Part shown: positions 23,318-32,995 of the stretch, piece by piece
How the letters are laid out: every line of letters starts with the position of its first letter
Position numbering within the stretch: the first letter of the stretch is position 1
DNA from: Candidatus Hydrogenedentota bacterium
Lineage (GTDB): Bacteria; Hydrogenedentota; Hydrogenedentia; Hydrogenedentales; SLHB01
Direction: 5' to 3'
DNA: 46,518 bases
Assembly (NCBI GenBank): GCA_029974275.1
Contig: JARKSN010000134.1
Location: 1-46,518 of the forward strand
Made by a program: the position numbers and the translations under genes
The notes under the pieces: generated by a model
What the model was told of the DNA's origin: nothing
The model's input: the letters and a program-made list of their open reading frames with translations, nothing else
The model's database searches: none

Positions 23318-25126
23318 TCATTTGGCCTCGAAGCGCATGGCAATGTGCACGGTTCGCTTTGGCGCCGCGGGAAAGCCCAACGCTATGCGCGACAAGACCC
23401 CTTCCTTCTTGTTTGCTTGGCATTCTTCCTCAAAGCTCTTGACCTCGAAAAGGCCGTCGGAAGCTTCCAGCACGAGACATCCCGTGGGTGACTCAATCCG
23501 GGCGACGGCTCCGTCGACTTTCACGCTCTGCCACGTCATGAAGGCTTCCTCAATGCTGACGCCCGGCGCGTCACTGTCAAACACATCGAGAAACGTTATC
23601 GTGCCGTCTGCACTCATCGTCAACGTCCGCGTTGCCTTCTTGAGCTTCGGGACAGAATACGCGGCAGCAAAGTCGATGCAGATAGACTTGTCTCCGGCAG
23701 AGACCATCGTGCCGCAATACTCCTTCCCTTCCGGTTGCTCTTTTCCGTCGATTAACGGAACACTGTGACCATAAGAACGCGTAAAGAGGCACTCATAACG
23801 ATGCTCATCGAAATAGGATCGTTGGTATAGACCGGAGCCCGGATCGCAAAGATACGTTTCGTCTCCAGCGCTCACGATGAAGCTGCCGACGTCATTGTGA
23901 TTGTGAGACTCAGCGTTATGCCCAGCTTTCACCACAAGCACGATCGGCGCCCCCGACGCGTCTCCCACAATGCGACACACCCCCGAGGCAGGCAATATCA
24001 CATCCTGCAACTGCGCAGATTTCGGCAAGGAGTCATCCCGCCACAAAAGCGCTCGAAAATTCGACCAGCCACGCCCGCCGGCCCCTGAGAGGGCCAACAG
24101 CTCTGTGACGCCTGTTTTGGACGCAAGCGCCGTCGCCACAGAAGGATCGAGGGCTATGCTCGAACGGCTGTCTGCGAAACTTGCATAGTTGCGACCGCCC
24201 AGCGAGATTGCAATCGGATAGCGCGCAATCTCCTCCATCTTGGGATTCAACAATAAGTCGATCTCCCCCTCAGTCCTCGCGCTCAGCATCTGAGAAAAAG
24301 CGACAAAATGCAAGAGGCCGTAGGCCCAGTAGTTCACCCCTTCCAAGCAACCGCCGTCGCTTTCAAACCCATTGTCGATATACCGATTCAACTCGCCGAT
24401 GACGATCGACAAAATCTCCGCTTGCCTCTTGGGGTCTTTTTCAAATACAAGGGCCGCCTGACCAATAGAACCCGAACAAACGCCCGTCCAGTTGTTCATG
24501 CCACGATGCCACCAGTGAATATCGCTGTTATAATGTGCCAAAAAATTTGCAAATATGCGCGTATCCACTTCACTTCGCATGCGCTCGCGAACTTCTTCCG
24601 GAATTCGATCGCCGATCAATAACGCGATATCCGCCAATAGCGCGCCCGTTTCCGCATTGAAAAGATCGACGTTCCAGGCGGGTCCCTCATGCGCCGGCAA
24701 CACCCACGTGGTTTCCTCACAAATGGCCCATATGAGATCGCAAAGACGATCGAGGTGCGCATCCGATGGCTCGAACCACTCCGTGAAAGCGGCTTGGCTC
24801 AACCGATCTCGCCGCGCGAAATAGACATTCTGAAATGCATCGCGACTGCCCGTTCGCTTATAGACGCGGTAGAGCGAATAGGTAAGGGTCGGTATGTCGC
24901 CCGGGTCTTGCCGCGCCCACTCGTATAGTTCTTTTCCGCGGGGAGTCTGGCGAATCGCCTCGGGGTCGGCATGGGCCAGCTCGGGAAAAAGGGAACGAGT
25001 CTTGTGTCGTTCAAGTGTCGCATACGTCGAATGCGCGCTAGGTTCTTTCTCCATGGCATATGCCTCCGGCGTCATCGCCGCCCTCAGGGTGAAAACAAAA
25101 AACATAGCCAATAAACAACGATACAT
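23318..25126 (-). CDS. Secreted heparinase II/III-like protein (polysaccharide lyase fold)
   Basis: Signal peptide; W.LPAH, NNWTGVC, DGGCLEG..YW.YG, HNHNDVGSF, DPG..Y and GHSVPLIDG motifs; ATG 25126 with AAGGAG RBS. Confidence 0.8.
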   Translation of the reverse strand: MYRCLLAMFFVFTLRAAMTPEAYAMEKEPSAHSTYATLERHKTRSLFPELAHADPEAIRQTPRGKELYEWARQDPGDIPTLTYSLYRVYKRTGSRDAFQNVYFARRDRLSQAAFTEWFEPSDAHLDRLCDLIWAICEETTWVLPAHEGPAWNVDLFNAETGALLADIALLIGDRIPEEVRERMRSEVDTRIFANFLAHYNSDIHWWHRGMNNWTGVCSGSIGQAALVFEKDPKRQAEILSIVIGELNRYIDNGFESDGGCLEGVNYWAYGLLHFVAFSQMLSARTEGEIDLLLNPKMEEIARYPIAISLGGRNYASFADSRSSIALDPSVATALASKTGVTELLALSGAGGRGWSNFRALLWRDDSLPKSAQLQDVILPASGVCRIVGDASGAPIVLVVKAGHNAESHNHNDVGSFIVSAGDETYLCDPGSGLYQRSYFDEHRYECLFTRSYGHSVPLIDGKEQPEGKEYCGTMVSAGDKSICIDFAAAYSVPKLKKATRTLTMSADGTITFLDVFDSDAPGVSIEEAFMTWQSVKVDGAVARIESPTGCLVLEASDGLFEVKSFEEECQANKKEGVLSRIALGFPAAPKRTVHIAMRFEAK

Positions 25127-25222
25127 ATAGGCTCCTTCGCGGCGCGAAAACTTCCATCGCCACACACCGATTGTGAGAAGGACCGACTCCGAATTCACGG
25201 AATCTTCCAGGCGATTTTCACG

Positions 25223-26155
25223 TCACTGAAGTTTGTTCAGCACGTTTTCTTTGTAGCGATCCGCGTATACAGGACTCGTCTCGCGCATGTCCGGCGGATA
25301 CTTCTCCTCTAGCGCGCGCAGGTGCAATGCTCGCTGTTCCGTCGGGGGATGCGATGCGAAAATCGGAAGCGGATGGGCCTTGCCGGTTTTCAGTTCCATA
25401 TTCATCATCTTTTCCATGAACGTGATCATCCCCGAAGGGTTGTATCCAGCGCGAAACAAGAACTCCATCCCAAGCGTATCCGCCTCGTCCTCATCGGACC
25501 TGCTGTATCGCGCGGAAATGCCGGCCCCCGCATATTGGCTCAGCAACTCCGCCAACAAACCTGGATTCTTGCCCAATGCGGCTTGCGTAATCAACGCAAT
25601 GCCTAGCTGACGCGTCATCATGCGCCCATGATGCTGTGCAGCCACGTGGCCCATCTCATGCGCCATCACGCCCGCCAGTTCCGCCTCATTCTGGCAAAGC
25701 TTCATCAGACCCGTGTAGATGTACATATGGCCGCCGGGAAGGGCAAACGCGTTGATCGTCTTCGGAGCATCAATCACGGTGAACCGATACGTGACATCTT
25801 GTCGCGTCGCCACGCGCGCCAGACGTTTGCCGATATCGGCGACATAGGCCTGAATCGCAGGATTATCAAGCGGCTTCTCCTTCTTCTCGATCTCCGTGGC
25901 CATCTGGTTGCCAAGTCGGATTTCATCCTGGACACTCAGCACGTTTATCTTCGCGCCGAAGTCCGTAGTCACGCAACCGGTGAGGAACGAGACGAAAAAT
26001 AGAAAGCAAATGAACGCAACGTGCGGCGCCGATGCGCAGGAAGATGAATGAGAGGTCTTATTGAAACCGGGACCTGCATCGAACTGATCTTCCACGACTC
26101 CCGGTTGCACCGGAACCACGTCACATGGTTGGTCGAAGAACATGCCCATATTCAC
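25223..26155 (-). CDS. M48-family metallopeptidase, probable lipoprotein (start uncertain)
   Basis: NAFALPGG, HEMGH zinc motif, YSR.DE.EAD, SHP; lipobox-like FLTGC; GTGA overlap with the hisC stop. Confidence 0.88.
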   Translation of the reverse strand: MNMGMFFDQPCDVVPVQPGVVEDQFDAGPGFNKTSHSSSCASAPHVAFICFLFFVSFLTGCVTTDFGAKINVLSVQDEIRLGNQMATEIEKKEKPLDNPAIQAYVADIGKRLARVATRQDVTYRFTVIDAPKTINAFALPGGHMYIYTGLMKLCQNEAELAGVMAHEMGHVAAQHHGRMMTRQLGIALITQAALGKNPGLLAELLSQYAGAGISARYSRSDEDEADTLGMEFLFRAGYNPSGMITFMEKMMNMELKTGKAHPLPIFASHPPTEQRALHLRALEEKYPPDMRETSPVYADRYKENVLNKLQ

Positions 26156-27207
26156 CTCCCCCGAATAATCTCGCCCAATGCCCTCAACAAAGCGTCGGCC
26201 TCATCTTCCGTGCCAATCGAAATACGCAGCGCATTATCGAGTCTGCGCACGGGGAAGTAGCGTACGAGAATAGCGCGGTCGCGGAGCTGTTCAAAAATCG
26301 CGCGCGCATCAGGCGCGCCGCCCCATTGCGCCAAAAGAAAATTCGACTGCGACGGCGGCACAACGAAGCCCATCGCGGTCAGCGCAATCCGCAAACGGTC
26401 GCGCGTCGCCCGGACCTTCGCGACGTTCGCGCGCATGTAGTCGTAGTCCTGCATCGCGGCGAGCCCCAGCGCCTGCGACACGGCGTTCATGTTGTACGAA
26501 TCCTTGGTCTTCATGAACTCGGCGATGATCTCGGGGCGCGCAACTGCCGCGCCAATGCGGGCGCCTGCCAAGCTATAAGACTTGGAAAACGTGCGCATGA
26601 CAATAGCGTTCTCGAAGCGCTTTGGAAAATCCATGCACGTATCGTCGGCAAAATCCGCGTACGCTTCGTCAATTACGACAATGCCATCGAAACTCTGGCA
26701 CAGGCGCTCGACATCCGCAAGCGGCACGCATACGCCCGACGGCGAATTCGGGCGCGGCAGAAAACACAAACGCCCTTTGATTGCATAGAAAAACTCGGGC
26801 AGTTGAAACGCGTCATCCAGATCGACGAGCGTGCATTTTGCGCCGTGTAGCTGCGCGAGGGTTTCATACAAAATATACGTGGGGTACGTCGATATCACCG
26901 TATCGCCAGGGTCGACAAACGTCCGCAAGACTATCGCCAGAAGCTCATCCATGCCATTGCCGGCGACGACCCACTCGGGGCCCTCGCAGCCATAGCGTTC
27001 GGCGCATGCTCTACGGAATCCGAAGGATACGGGATCGGGGTATTTGCGCAACGCGTCGCCGCTCAGTCCGCGCAGCGCCTCCATCACGCGCGGCGACGGC
27101 GGGTAAGGATTCTCGTTCGTGTTCAGCTTGATGATATTCGGAATTTTCGGCTGCTCGCCGGGAACATAGCCTTCCACGTCCGCGAGCAACGCACGTTGGT
27201 ATTTCAT
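26152..27207 (-). CDS. hisC: Histidinol-phosphate aminotransferase
   Basis: KLNTNENPY, GNG.DE, PNSPSG, DEAY, RTFSKSYSLAG.R.G (PLP lysine); adjacent to hisD. Confidence 0.95.
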   Translation of the reverse strand: MKYQRALLADVEGYVPGEQPKIPNIIKLNTNENPYPPSPRVMEALRGLSGDALRKYPDPVSFGFRRACAERYGCEGPEWVVAGNGMDELLAIVLRTFVDPGDTVISTYPTYILYETLAQLHGAKCTLVDLDDAFQLPEFFYAIKGRLCFLPRPNSPSGVCVPLADVERLCQSFDGIVVIDEAYADFADDTCMDFPKRFENAIVMRTFSKSYSLAGARIGAAVARPEIIAEFMKTKDSYNMNAVSQALGLAAMQDYDYMRANVAKVRATRDRLRIALTAMGFVVPPSQSNFLLAQWGGAPDARAIFEQLRDRAILVRYFPVRRLDNALRISIGTEDEADALLRALGEIIRGR

Positions 27208-28508
27208 AGTCTCAACTCCACGGCGCGAGCGTGCGCCGTCAATGACTCGGTTTCTGCCAGTTTCATGATGTCCGGCGCCGCAGTCGCCAGCCGCTCGCGC
27301 GAGTAGCCGATGATGCTCGTCACCTTGCGAAAATCCTCGACCGTCAGCGGCGAGGCAAAGCGTGCGCGGCGCCCCGTCGGCAGGATGTGGTTTGGCCCGG
27401 CATAGTAATCGCCGACCGACACCGGCGTCCCTGCGCCCAGCATCGCCGCGCCCGCGTTGCGCACCTTCTCGAAAGTCTTGTGTGGATACTCAACCTGCAA
27501 AGACAAGTGTTCCGGCGCAACCACGTTCGTCAGCTCAACGGCCTCGTCGATTGTGCGCGTGAGAATCGTCAATCCCTGCGCCGCAATCGCCTTTTCAATA
27601 ATCGCCGCACGTGACAACGTTGGCGTCAGTTTCCGGATGCTCTCGTCCACGGCATTCGCGATGGTTTCCGACGTTGTGATGAGCGTCACCGCCGCCTCTT
27701 CATCGTGCTCGGCCTGACACAGCAACTCAATCGCCACGAGGTCGGGATTTGCCTTCTCGTCCGCGATGACCACAACCTCGCTCGGGCCTGCTTCCTTATC
27801 GATGTCGCAACGCGACGAGATCAAGCGCTTCGCAAGCGTGACGTAGGCATTGCCCGGCCCGGTGATCTTCAGCACCGAAGGCACATGCTCCGTGCCATAC
27901 GCGAGCGCCGCGACGGCCTGCGCCCCGCCAATGCGAAACACGCGCGTCGCTCCCGCGATCTTCGCCGCCGCCAATACGAGCGGATGCAGCCCGCCATGCC
28001 ACGTCGGCGGCGAGACCATGATGATCTCCTTCACGCCCGCCACGCTCGCAGGCACGATATTCATCAGCACAGACGAAGGGTAGAACGCCGTGCCGCCGGG
28101 CACATACACGCCCGCGCTTTCGATGGACGTGACGCGCTGGCCGAGGATCGTGCCGTCGTCGTCCACTTCTTCCCACGACTGCCGCAGGTTTTTGGTGTGG
28201 AACCTCCGGATGTTCCCGTGCGCGCGTTCGAGCGCCGCGAACAAATCCGCCTCGACTTGCTCTACTCCCGCATCGATCTCATCGGGGGTGACTTCAAACT
28301 GCTCAGGCGTCAGCGCGACCTTATCAAACCGCGCCGTGAACTCAGCCACCGCGTCATCGCCCCGTTCACGCACGGCCTGCACAATCGCGCGCACCGATTC
28401 CGCCTTATTGTCCGACGCCTGTTCGGACTCCGCCTGTTCGGCCCGCGCAACCAATAACGCCACGGTCGCCCCATACTCAGCGTCCGACGCGATTACTACC
28501 CGCTTCAT
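27204..28508 (-). CDS. hisD: Histidinol dehydrogenase
   Basis: GVYVPGG, GGAQAVAALAYG, GPGNAYV, AGPSE, QAEH, APEHL, GDY.AGPNHILPT. Confidence 0.97.
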   Translation of the reverse strand: MKRVVIASDAEYGATVALLVARAEQAESEQASDNKAESVRAIVQAVRERGDDAVAEFTARFDKVALTPEQFEVTPDEIDAGVEQVEADLFAALERAHGNIRRFHTKNLRQSWEEVDDDGTILGQRVTSIESAGVYVPGGTAFYPSSVLMNIVPASVAGVKEIIMVSPPTWHGGLHPLVLAAAKIAGATRVFRIGGAQAVAALAYGTEHVPSVLKITGPGNAYVTLAKRLISSRCDIDKEAGPSEVVVIADEKANPDLVAIELLCQAEHDEEAAVTLITTSETIANAVDESIRKLTPTLSRAAIIEKAIAAQGLTILTRTIDEAVELTNVVAPEHLSLQVEYPHKTFEKVRNAGAAMLGAGTPVSVGDYYAGPNHILPTGRRARFASPLTVEDFRKVTSIIGYSRERLATAAPDIMKLAETESLTAHARAVELRL

Positions 28509-29764
28509 CCATTTTCCCTCACGCGTTCGATATGCGCCCCCAATCCCGAGAGTCGTTCCTCGATGCGCTCGTACCCGCGATCGATATGATAAACGCGCGA
28601 GATAGCCGTCTCTCCTTTTTCCGCCGCGAGCCCCGCGATCACCAACGACGCGCTGGCCCGCAAATCCGACGCCATCACCGGCGCGCCGCTAAGATGGTCG
28701 ACGCCTCGCACAACCGCCGAATTGCCGTCGACCTCGATGTCTGCGCCCATGCGCTTGAGTTCAGCCACCTGCATGAAACGGTTCTCGAAGACCGTCTCCT
28801 TGATCACGCTCGCGCCTTCGGCAATACACAGCGCCGCCATCATCTGCGCCTGCAAGTCCGTAGGGAAGCCAGGATAGGGCTGCGTCGCAACGTTAACGCC
28901 TCTCAGTCCGTTTGGAGCCGCAACACGAATGCGCGCGCCGTTGGTCTCGACGTCAGCGCCCGCCTCACGCAGTTTCGCGAGGAAACTGTCGAGATGATCG
29001 GCGTTGCCGTTGACGACCGTAACATCGCCGCGGGTGGCAACGCCCGCCAACAAGAACGTGCCCGCTTCAATGCGATCGGGAATGACGGCATGATCGCATC
29101 CCTGCAAGCCCTCCACGCCAACGATGGTGATAAGGTCCGTGCCCGCGCCGGAAATCCGCGCGCCCATCGCGTTGAGAAAGCGCGCCAGATCAACGATCTC
29201 GGGTTCGCGCGCAACATTGCTCAGGCGAGTGACGCCGTCGGCGCGGGAGGCTGCCATCATCAAATTCTCGGTGGCGCCCACGCTGGGAAAATCGAGCGCG
29301 ATGTTCGCACCCTTCGGCTTCCCCTTGGCCGTCACATATCCCTCGTCTATGCATATCTCGATGCCAAGGGCCTCGATGCCCTTCAGATGAATATCGACCG
29401 GGCGCGTGCCGATCGCGCAACCGCCGGGCAACGACACGCGGGCTTCGCCGTAGCGACCAAGCAACGGCCCAAGCACAAAAAACGACGCCCGCATCTTCCG
29501 CACAAGATCGTACGCGGCGAATTGCGACGTGACCGTGGTCGGGTCAAGCGTCATGTAGCGCCCCGTGAACTCGATCGTCATTCCCATGCTCGCGAGGAGT
29601 TTGTCCATCGTGAACACGTCGTGCAGACACGGCACGTTGTGCAACGTGCACGGCGATTCCGCCAACAATGCCGCCGCCATCAACGGCAACGCCGAATTCT
29701 TCGCCCCATGCACATGCACCCCGCCGCGCAGCGGACGCCCGCCCTTAATCAGAATCTTATCCAA
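28505..29764 (-). CDS. murA: UDP-N-acetylglucosamine 1-carboxyvinyltransferase
   Basis: [21 protein letters not shown] (active-site Cys retained), [29 protein letters not shown] start. Confidence 0.97.
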   Translation of the reverse strand: MDKILIKGGRPLRGGVHVHGAKNSALPLMAAALLAESPCTLHNVPCLHDVFTMDKLLASMGMTIEFTGRYMTLDPTTVTSQFAAYDLVRKMRASFFVLGPLLGRYGEARVSLPGGCAIGTRPVDIHLKGIEALGIEICIDEGYVTAKGKPKGANIALDFPSVGATENLMMAASRADGVTRLSNVAREPEIVDLARFLNAMGARISGAGTDLITIVGVEGLQGCDHAVIPDRIEAGTFLLAGVATRGDVTVVNGNADHLDSFLAKLREAGADVETNGARIRVAAPNGLRGVNVATQPYPGFPTDLQAQMMAALCIAEGASVIKETVFENRFMQVAELKRMGADIEVDGNSAVVRGVDHLSGAPVMASDLRASASLVIAGLAAEKGETAISRVYHIDRGYERIEERLSGLGAHIERVRENG

Positions 29765-29824
29765 ATTACCCTCGCCTATTACGTCATCCGCGAAAATGAA
29801 TTCGCCCTGAAAACAAGCCCTCGC

Positions 29825-29971
29825 TCAACGGTTCCGTTTGCGCTGGCCCATTTGCACGCCGACTATCGCCGTATCCACGAAAAAGTTAAACCAGCTCAAA
29901 TATATCTTGCCGTTCGCCGTGTTGCTTTGAGCCGCCTTGGGAAGAGCCGAAATGTTCGCAAGATGCTTCAT
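29825..29971 (-). CDS. 48-aa small peptide, possible leader/core precursor
   Basis: AAGGAG RBS 7 nt before ATG; MKHLANISALPKAAQSNTANGKIYLSWFNFFVDTAIVGVQMGQRKRNR; fills a 270-nt intergenic gap in the same orientation as its neighbours. Confidence 0.65.
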   Translation of the reverse strand: MKHLANISALPKAAQSNTANGKIYLSWFNFFVDTAIVGVQMGQRKRNR

Positions 29972-30034
29972 GTCATATCTCCTTGCCTTTCGGAAAAAGG
30001 CGCGACAGACATCGCCATCGCGCGCCAATGCCAC

Positions 30035-31312
30035 CTAGTCGCCGCCCTCCGTAGGTCTCCCGTTGATTCCGAACGGCTCGGGAAACGGCTTCGTCGCCGG
30101 GGGCTCGTTCTCGGAAAGGACCGCCTTCCCGCCGCTTTGATCGAGAATGCTCACGCCGTTTGCCCCGTTGTTGCCGCGCACGATCGCGTGAGCAATCCCA
30201 GGACCGATCTGAATACAGGGATGATGCGTGTCAAAACTGCAATTCACCACCTGAAGCCTTCCGCGTTTGGCAATGACGAGCGGGGCATCGTCGACGCCAC
30301 GCTTCCAATTCGTAAAATAACAATCGCTAAAGGAAGCATATCCTGCCCCTTCCAGAACTACAATGTGGTTTGACAATCCCCAGAACGCGCAATTCACGAA
30401 CCGAACGCTGCCTTGATCGCTCGTCTCCATCACACGGACCTGGCACGGCTCCGGGCCTGCCAAAGAAACGAACTCGCCGCCGGTGATAAGAAGACCCATA
30501 CGCTGCATCCGGTCGATCTGGATAGCCGTTTGACTGCCGTCCGCGCCGCATCCCGTGAGATGTCCGTTGCACTCGCCGTTTGGGGTGTGAATAAAGCGGT
30601 AGCAAATCTTGGAAGAATACAGGAAATTGTTGGTGATATACTCCCAATCCGTGCGCCCGAATACGAAGCCTTCGAGATTTTCCGCCATAAAATCACACGC
30701 CCTGCTCCAATTGCCGCCCACCGATTCATGCGACCACCAATGGGGATGCAATTGACAATTTTCGACGCGGCCGATTTCCCAGCAGTTATCCACCCATATG
30801 CCGCAACGCAAAACACACCCGTGGATGCTGCGAATGCGGTGGCGACAGTTGTGCTCGGGCCCCACGCGAATGCCTTTGTACGCGTTGATGAACGTCACGC
30901 ACTCGACGGTGTTATCCGATTCATGCAAGTGAAACGCCCAAGGATACGGAACGATCTCGTCCGCCCGCTGCTCCGGATAAAAAATCGTCAGCCCGCGCAC
31001 CGCCGACGAGTCGCCAAGCTCGAAAAGCGCCGGCGCCGCATCCTCGTCATTGCCGCGGCCTCCGGTTGCCAGGATCACCGTCCCCGATAGGCCCGTAAAC
31101 CCCACCGGCGCATCGTGAACGCCCTGCACGGTCACGCCGCGCTTGACGCGCAGACTGCCCGCGACACGATACCGTCCCGCAGCCAACGACACAATCCCCC
31201 CGCCGTTCTCGGCTGCGGCGTCAATCGCGCGCTGGATGGCCGGCGCATCATCGCTATGCCCATCGGCCTGCGCGCCAAACTCGCTCACAGGAAAAAACAT
31301 TGCCCCATTCAT
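30035..31312 (-). CDS. Right-handed beta-helix (pectate lyase 3-like) carbohydrate-active protein
   Basis: V.EFGA.ADG..DDAPAIQRAID...GGG.V....G.Y N-terminal motif, then beta-helix repeats (FGRTDWEY); no signal peptide; alternative start at 31327. Confidence 0.78.
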   Translation of the reverse strand: MNGAMFFPVSEFGAQADGHSDDAPAIQRAIDAAAENGGGIVSLAAGRYRVAGSLRVKRGVTVQGVHDAPVGFTGLSGTVILATGGRGNDEDAAPALFELGDSSAVRGLTIFYPEQRADEIVPYPWAFHLHESDNTVECVTFINAYKGIRVGPEHNCRHRIRSIHGCVLRCGIWVDNCWEIGRVENCQLHPHWWSHESVGGNWSRACDFMAENLEGFVFGRTDWEYITNNFLYSSKICYRFIHTPNGECNGHLTGCGADGSQTAIQIDRMQRMGLLITGGEFVSLAGPEPCQVRVMETSDQGSVRFVNCAFWGLSNHIVVLEGAGYASFSDCYFTNWKRGVDDAPLVIAKRGRLQVVNCSFDTHHPCIQIGPGIAHAIVRGNNGANGVSILDQSGGKAVLSENEPPATKPFPEPFGINGRPTEGGD

Positions 31313-31362
31313 AACACACCCTTTCATATTCGATCCGTTTCCTCATATCTTTCGAGACACCC

Positions 31363-31393
31363 AAAAAAAACGCCCCCGGAAATTCCGGGGGCG
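31363..31393 (-). terminator. Rho-independent terminator of tpiA-secG
   Basis: CGCCCCCGG/CCGGGGGCG stem followed by T8 on the minus strand. Confidence 0.9.
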
Positions 31394-31428
31394 CGCACAT
31401 CCATCGCTATCCGTCGCGAATCGCGACG

Positions 31429-31884
31429 TCACGACCCTTCCGGGGGCGCGGGAGCCTCAGACTCCTGAGGCAACTCCACCGTAAGCGACGGTGTGGCCGC
31501 GCCGTCCGCACTATCCGCGCCGTCCGTAGTCGCTGAAGAAGCAGCCCCCTGGATCCCTCGGTCTTCCAAACCATACAACGACGACATGGGGTCTTCCTTC
31601 TCGGGAGCCTCGCCGCTATATATCTTGCTGGAAACAATCGACATCAATAAGGCCAGCAACATGAACATGGCCGCCATGATCTGCGTCAATCGCACAGGCA
31701 AACTCTTGCTCGCCCGGGGCCCGAACACCGTGTCCGAACCGCCTCCCAGACCGAAAGCGCCCGCAAATCCGGCGCCCTTGCCCTTCTGCAACAACACAAC
31801 CACGACCAGTCCGACGCTGATCGGCACGTACAAAATGATCATGAGCCACCACAAGGCTTCCCAACTGAAAATCGACTCCAACAT
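31429..31884 (-). CDS. secG: Preprotein translocase subunit SecG
   Basis: VLLQ.GKG.G..GAFG.GG....FG, two TM helices, downstream of tpiA; acidic tail; alternative start at 31911. Confidence 0.93.
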   Translation of the reverse strand: MLESIFSWEALWWLMIILYVPISVGLVVVVLLQKGKGAGFAGAFGLGGGSDTVFGPRASKSLPVRLTQIMAAMFMLLALLMSIVSSKIYSGEAPEKEDPMSSLYGLEDRGIQGAASSATTDGADSADGAATPSLTVELPQESEAPAPPEGS

Positions 31885-31950
31885 GCCCGAAGTTTCCTCC
31901 CTTTCACTCATTGGGGCGGCCCAAACGAGCCGCCGCGCCCTATCGGGGCC

Positions 31951-32709
31951 CTAGCAAAGAGACGCCTTCACAATCGCCGCGAAACTATCCGCCTTCAACG
32001 AAGCGCCGCCCACCAACGATCCATCCACATTAGGCTGCGCCATAAGCTCCGCCGCATTGTCCGGCTTCACGCTCCCGCCGTATTGGATACGGACCCCTTC
32101 AGCCACATCCGCGCCGAATTGGTCCCGCAGCAAACTGCGGACAAACGCATGAGCCTCCTCCGCCTGCGCCGGAGATGCAGTCACGCCGGTGCCAATCGCC
32201 CATACCGGCTCGTACGCAACGGAGACCTGCTCAAACTGCGCAGCGGAAAGCCCTTGCAAACCGTGCGTCACCTGGCGGCACAACACGTCGTTCATCTTCC
32301 CGCCTTCGCGCTCCTCAAGCGTCTCGCCGATGCAGAACATGACCTTCAAGCCCGCCCCGAGCGCGAACTTGATCTTCTCGTTCAGAAACGCGTCCGTTTC
32401 CTTGAAATACTGTCTGCGTTCACTGTGGCCAATGATGGTCCACGAGCATCCCGCATCCAGCAACATCTGCGGGGAAATCTCGCCCGTATACGCGCCATTT
32501 TCCTTAGGGTAAATGTTCTGCCCGCCAATCGCGACATTCGATCCCTTCAGGGCTTGGGCAACGGGGTGCAACGCGGTGAACGTCGGACACACGACAATCT
32601 CAATGCCCGTCACGTCCGCCACCTGGGATTTCAATGCATTGACCGTATCGACGGCTTCGCCGATCAACTTGAACATCTTCCAATTACCGGCAACCAGAGG
32701 CTTTCTCAC
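31951..32709 (-). CDS. tpiA: Triosephosphate isomerase
   Basis: AGNWKM, GAYTGE, GHSERR, AYEPVWAIGTG, YGGSV, LVGGASL; GTG 32709 with AAGGGAG RBS. Confidence 0.98.
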   Translation of the reverse strand: MRKPLVAGNWKMFKLIGEAVDTVNALKSQVADVTGIEIVVCPTFTALHPVAQALKGSNVAIGGQNIYPKENGAYTGEISPQMLLDAGCSWTIIGHSERRQYFKETDAFLNEKIKFALGAGLKVMFCIGETLEEREGGKMNDVLCRQVTHGLQGLSAAQFEQVSVAYEPVWAIGTGVTASPAQAEEAHAFVRSLLRDQFGADVAEGVRIQYGGSVKPDNAAELMAQPNVDGSLVGGASLKADSFAAIVKASLC

Positions 32710-32829
32710 AGAACACACTCCCTTGTCCACACGCCAACCGCCACACTAGGCAACGGGAATCCCCCCGCCTCCGAATGCAGACGCAAATCGATATACCAGA
32801 GCGTTTACGCATGCGCTCAACGAACGCAA

Positions 32830-32859
32830 ATCGTAGCACATGCCGCCCGCACAGCGCAA
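32830..32859 (-). promoter_or_regulatory. Putative sigma70 promoter of tpiA-secG
   Basis: TTGCGC-N18-TACGAT with a TG extension. Confidence 0.45.
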
Positions 32860-32995
32860 ACTCTCCCGTCACCCCCGATCCCTATCCGGAATGCGCCAAA
32901 ACCCGAGCGGAAAAGAGCTTTTCGGATCGCCTTGCATCCCCTCTGACTTCACTGGAACGGCGAGTCGCGCCTCCTCGCAACACGGGCGCAAAACA

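Noticed and set aside
18239..25126. MFS, GH38 and heparinase-like genes as one polysaccharide utilisation locus
   Set aside because: Interrupted by SMUG1, with no regulator or binding-protein genes; co-orientation alone is insufficient evidence.
29972..30034. Upstream 21 codons of the 69-aa ORF in the track
   Set aside because: The strong RBS lies directly before ATG 29971, so the shorter ORF is preferred.
31394..31428. tRNA-Leu, often found after secG
   Set aside because: Only a short hairpin (CGTCGCG-AAT-CGCGACG) precedes the terminator; no cloverleaf.
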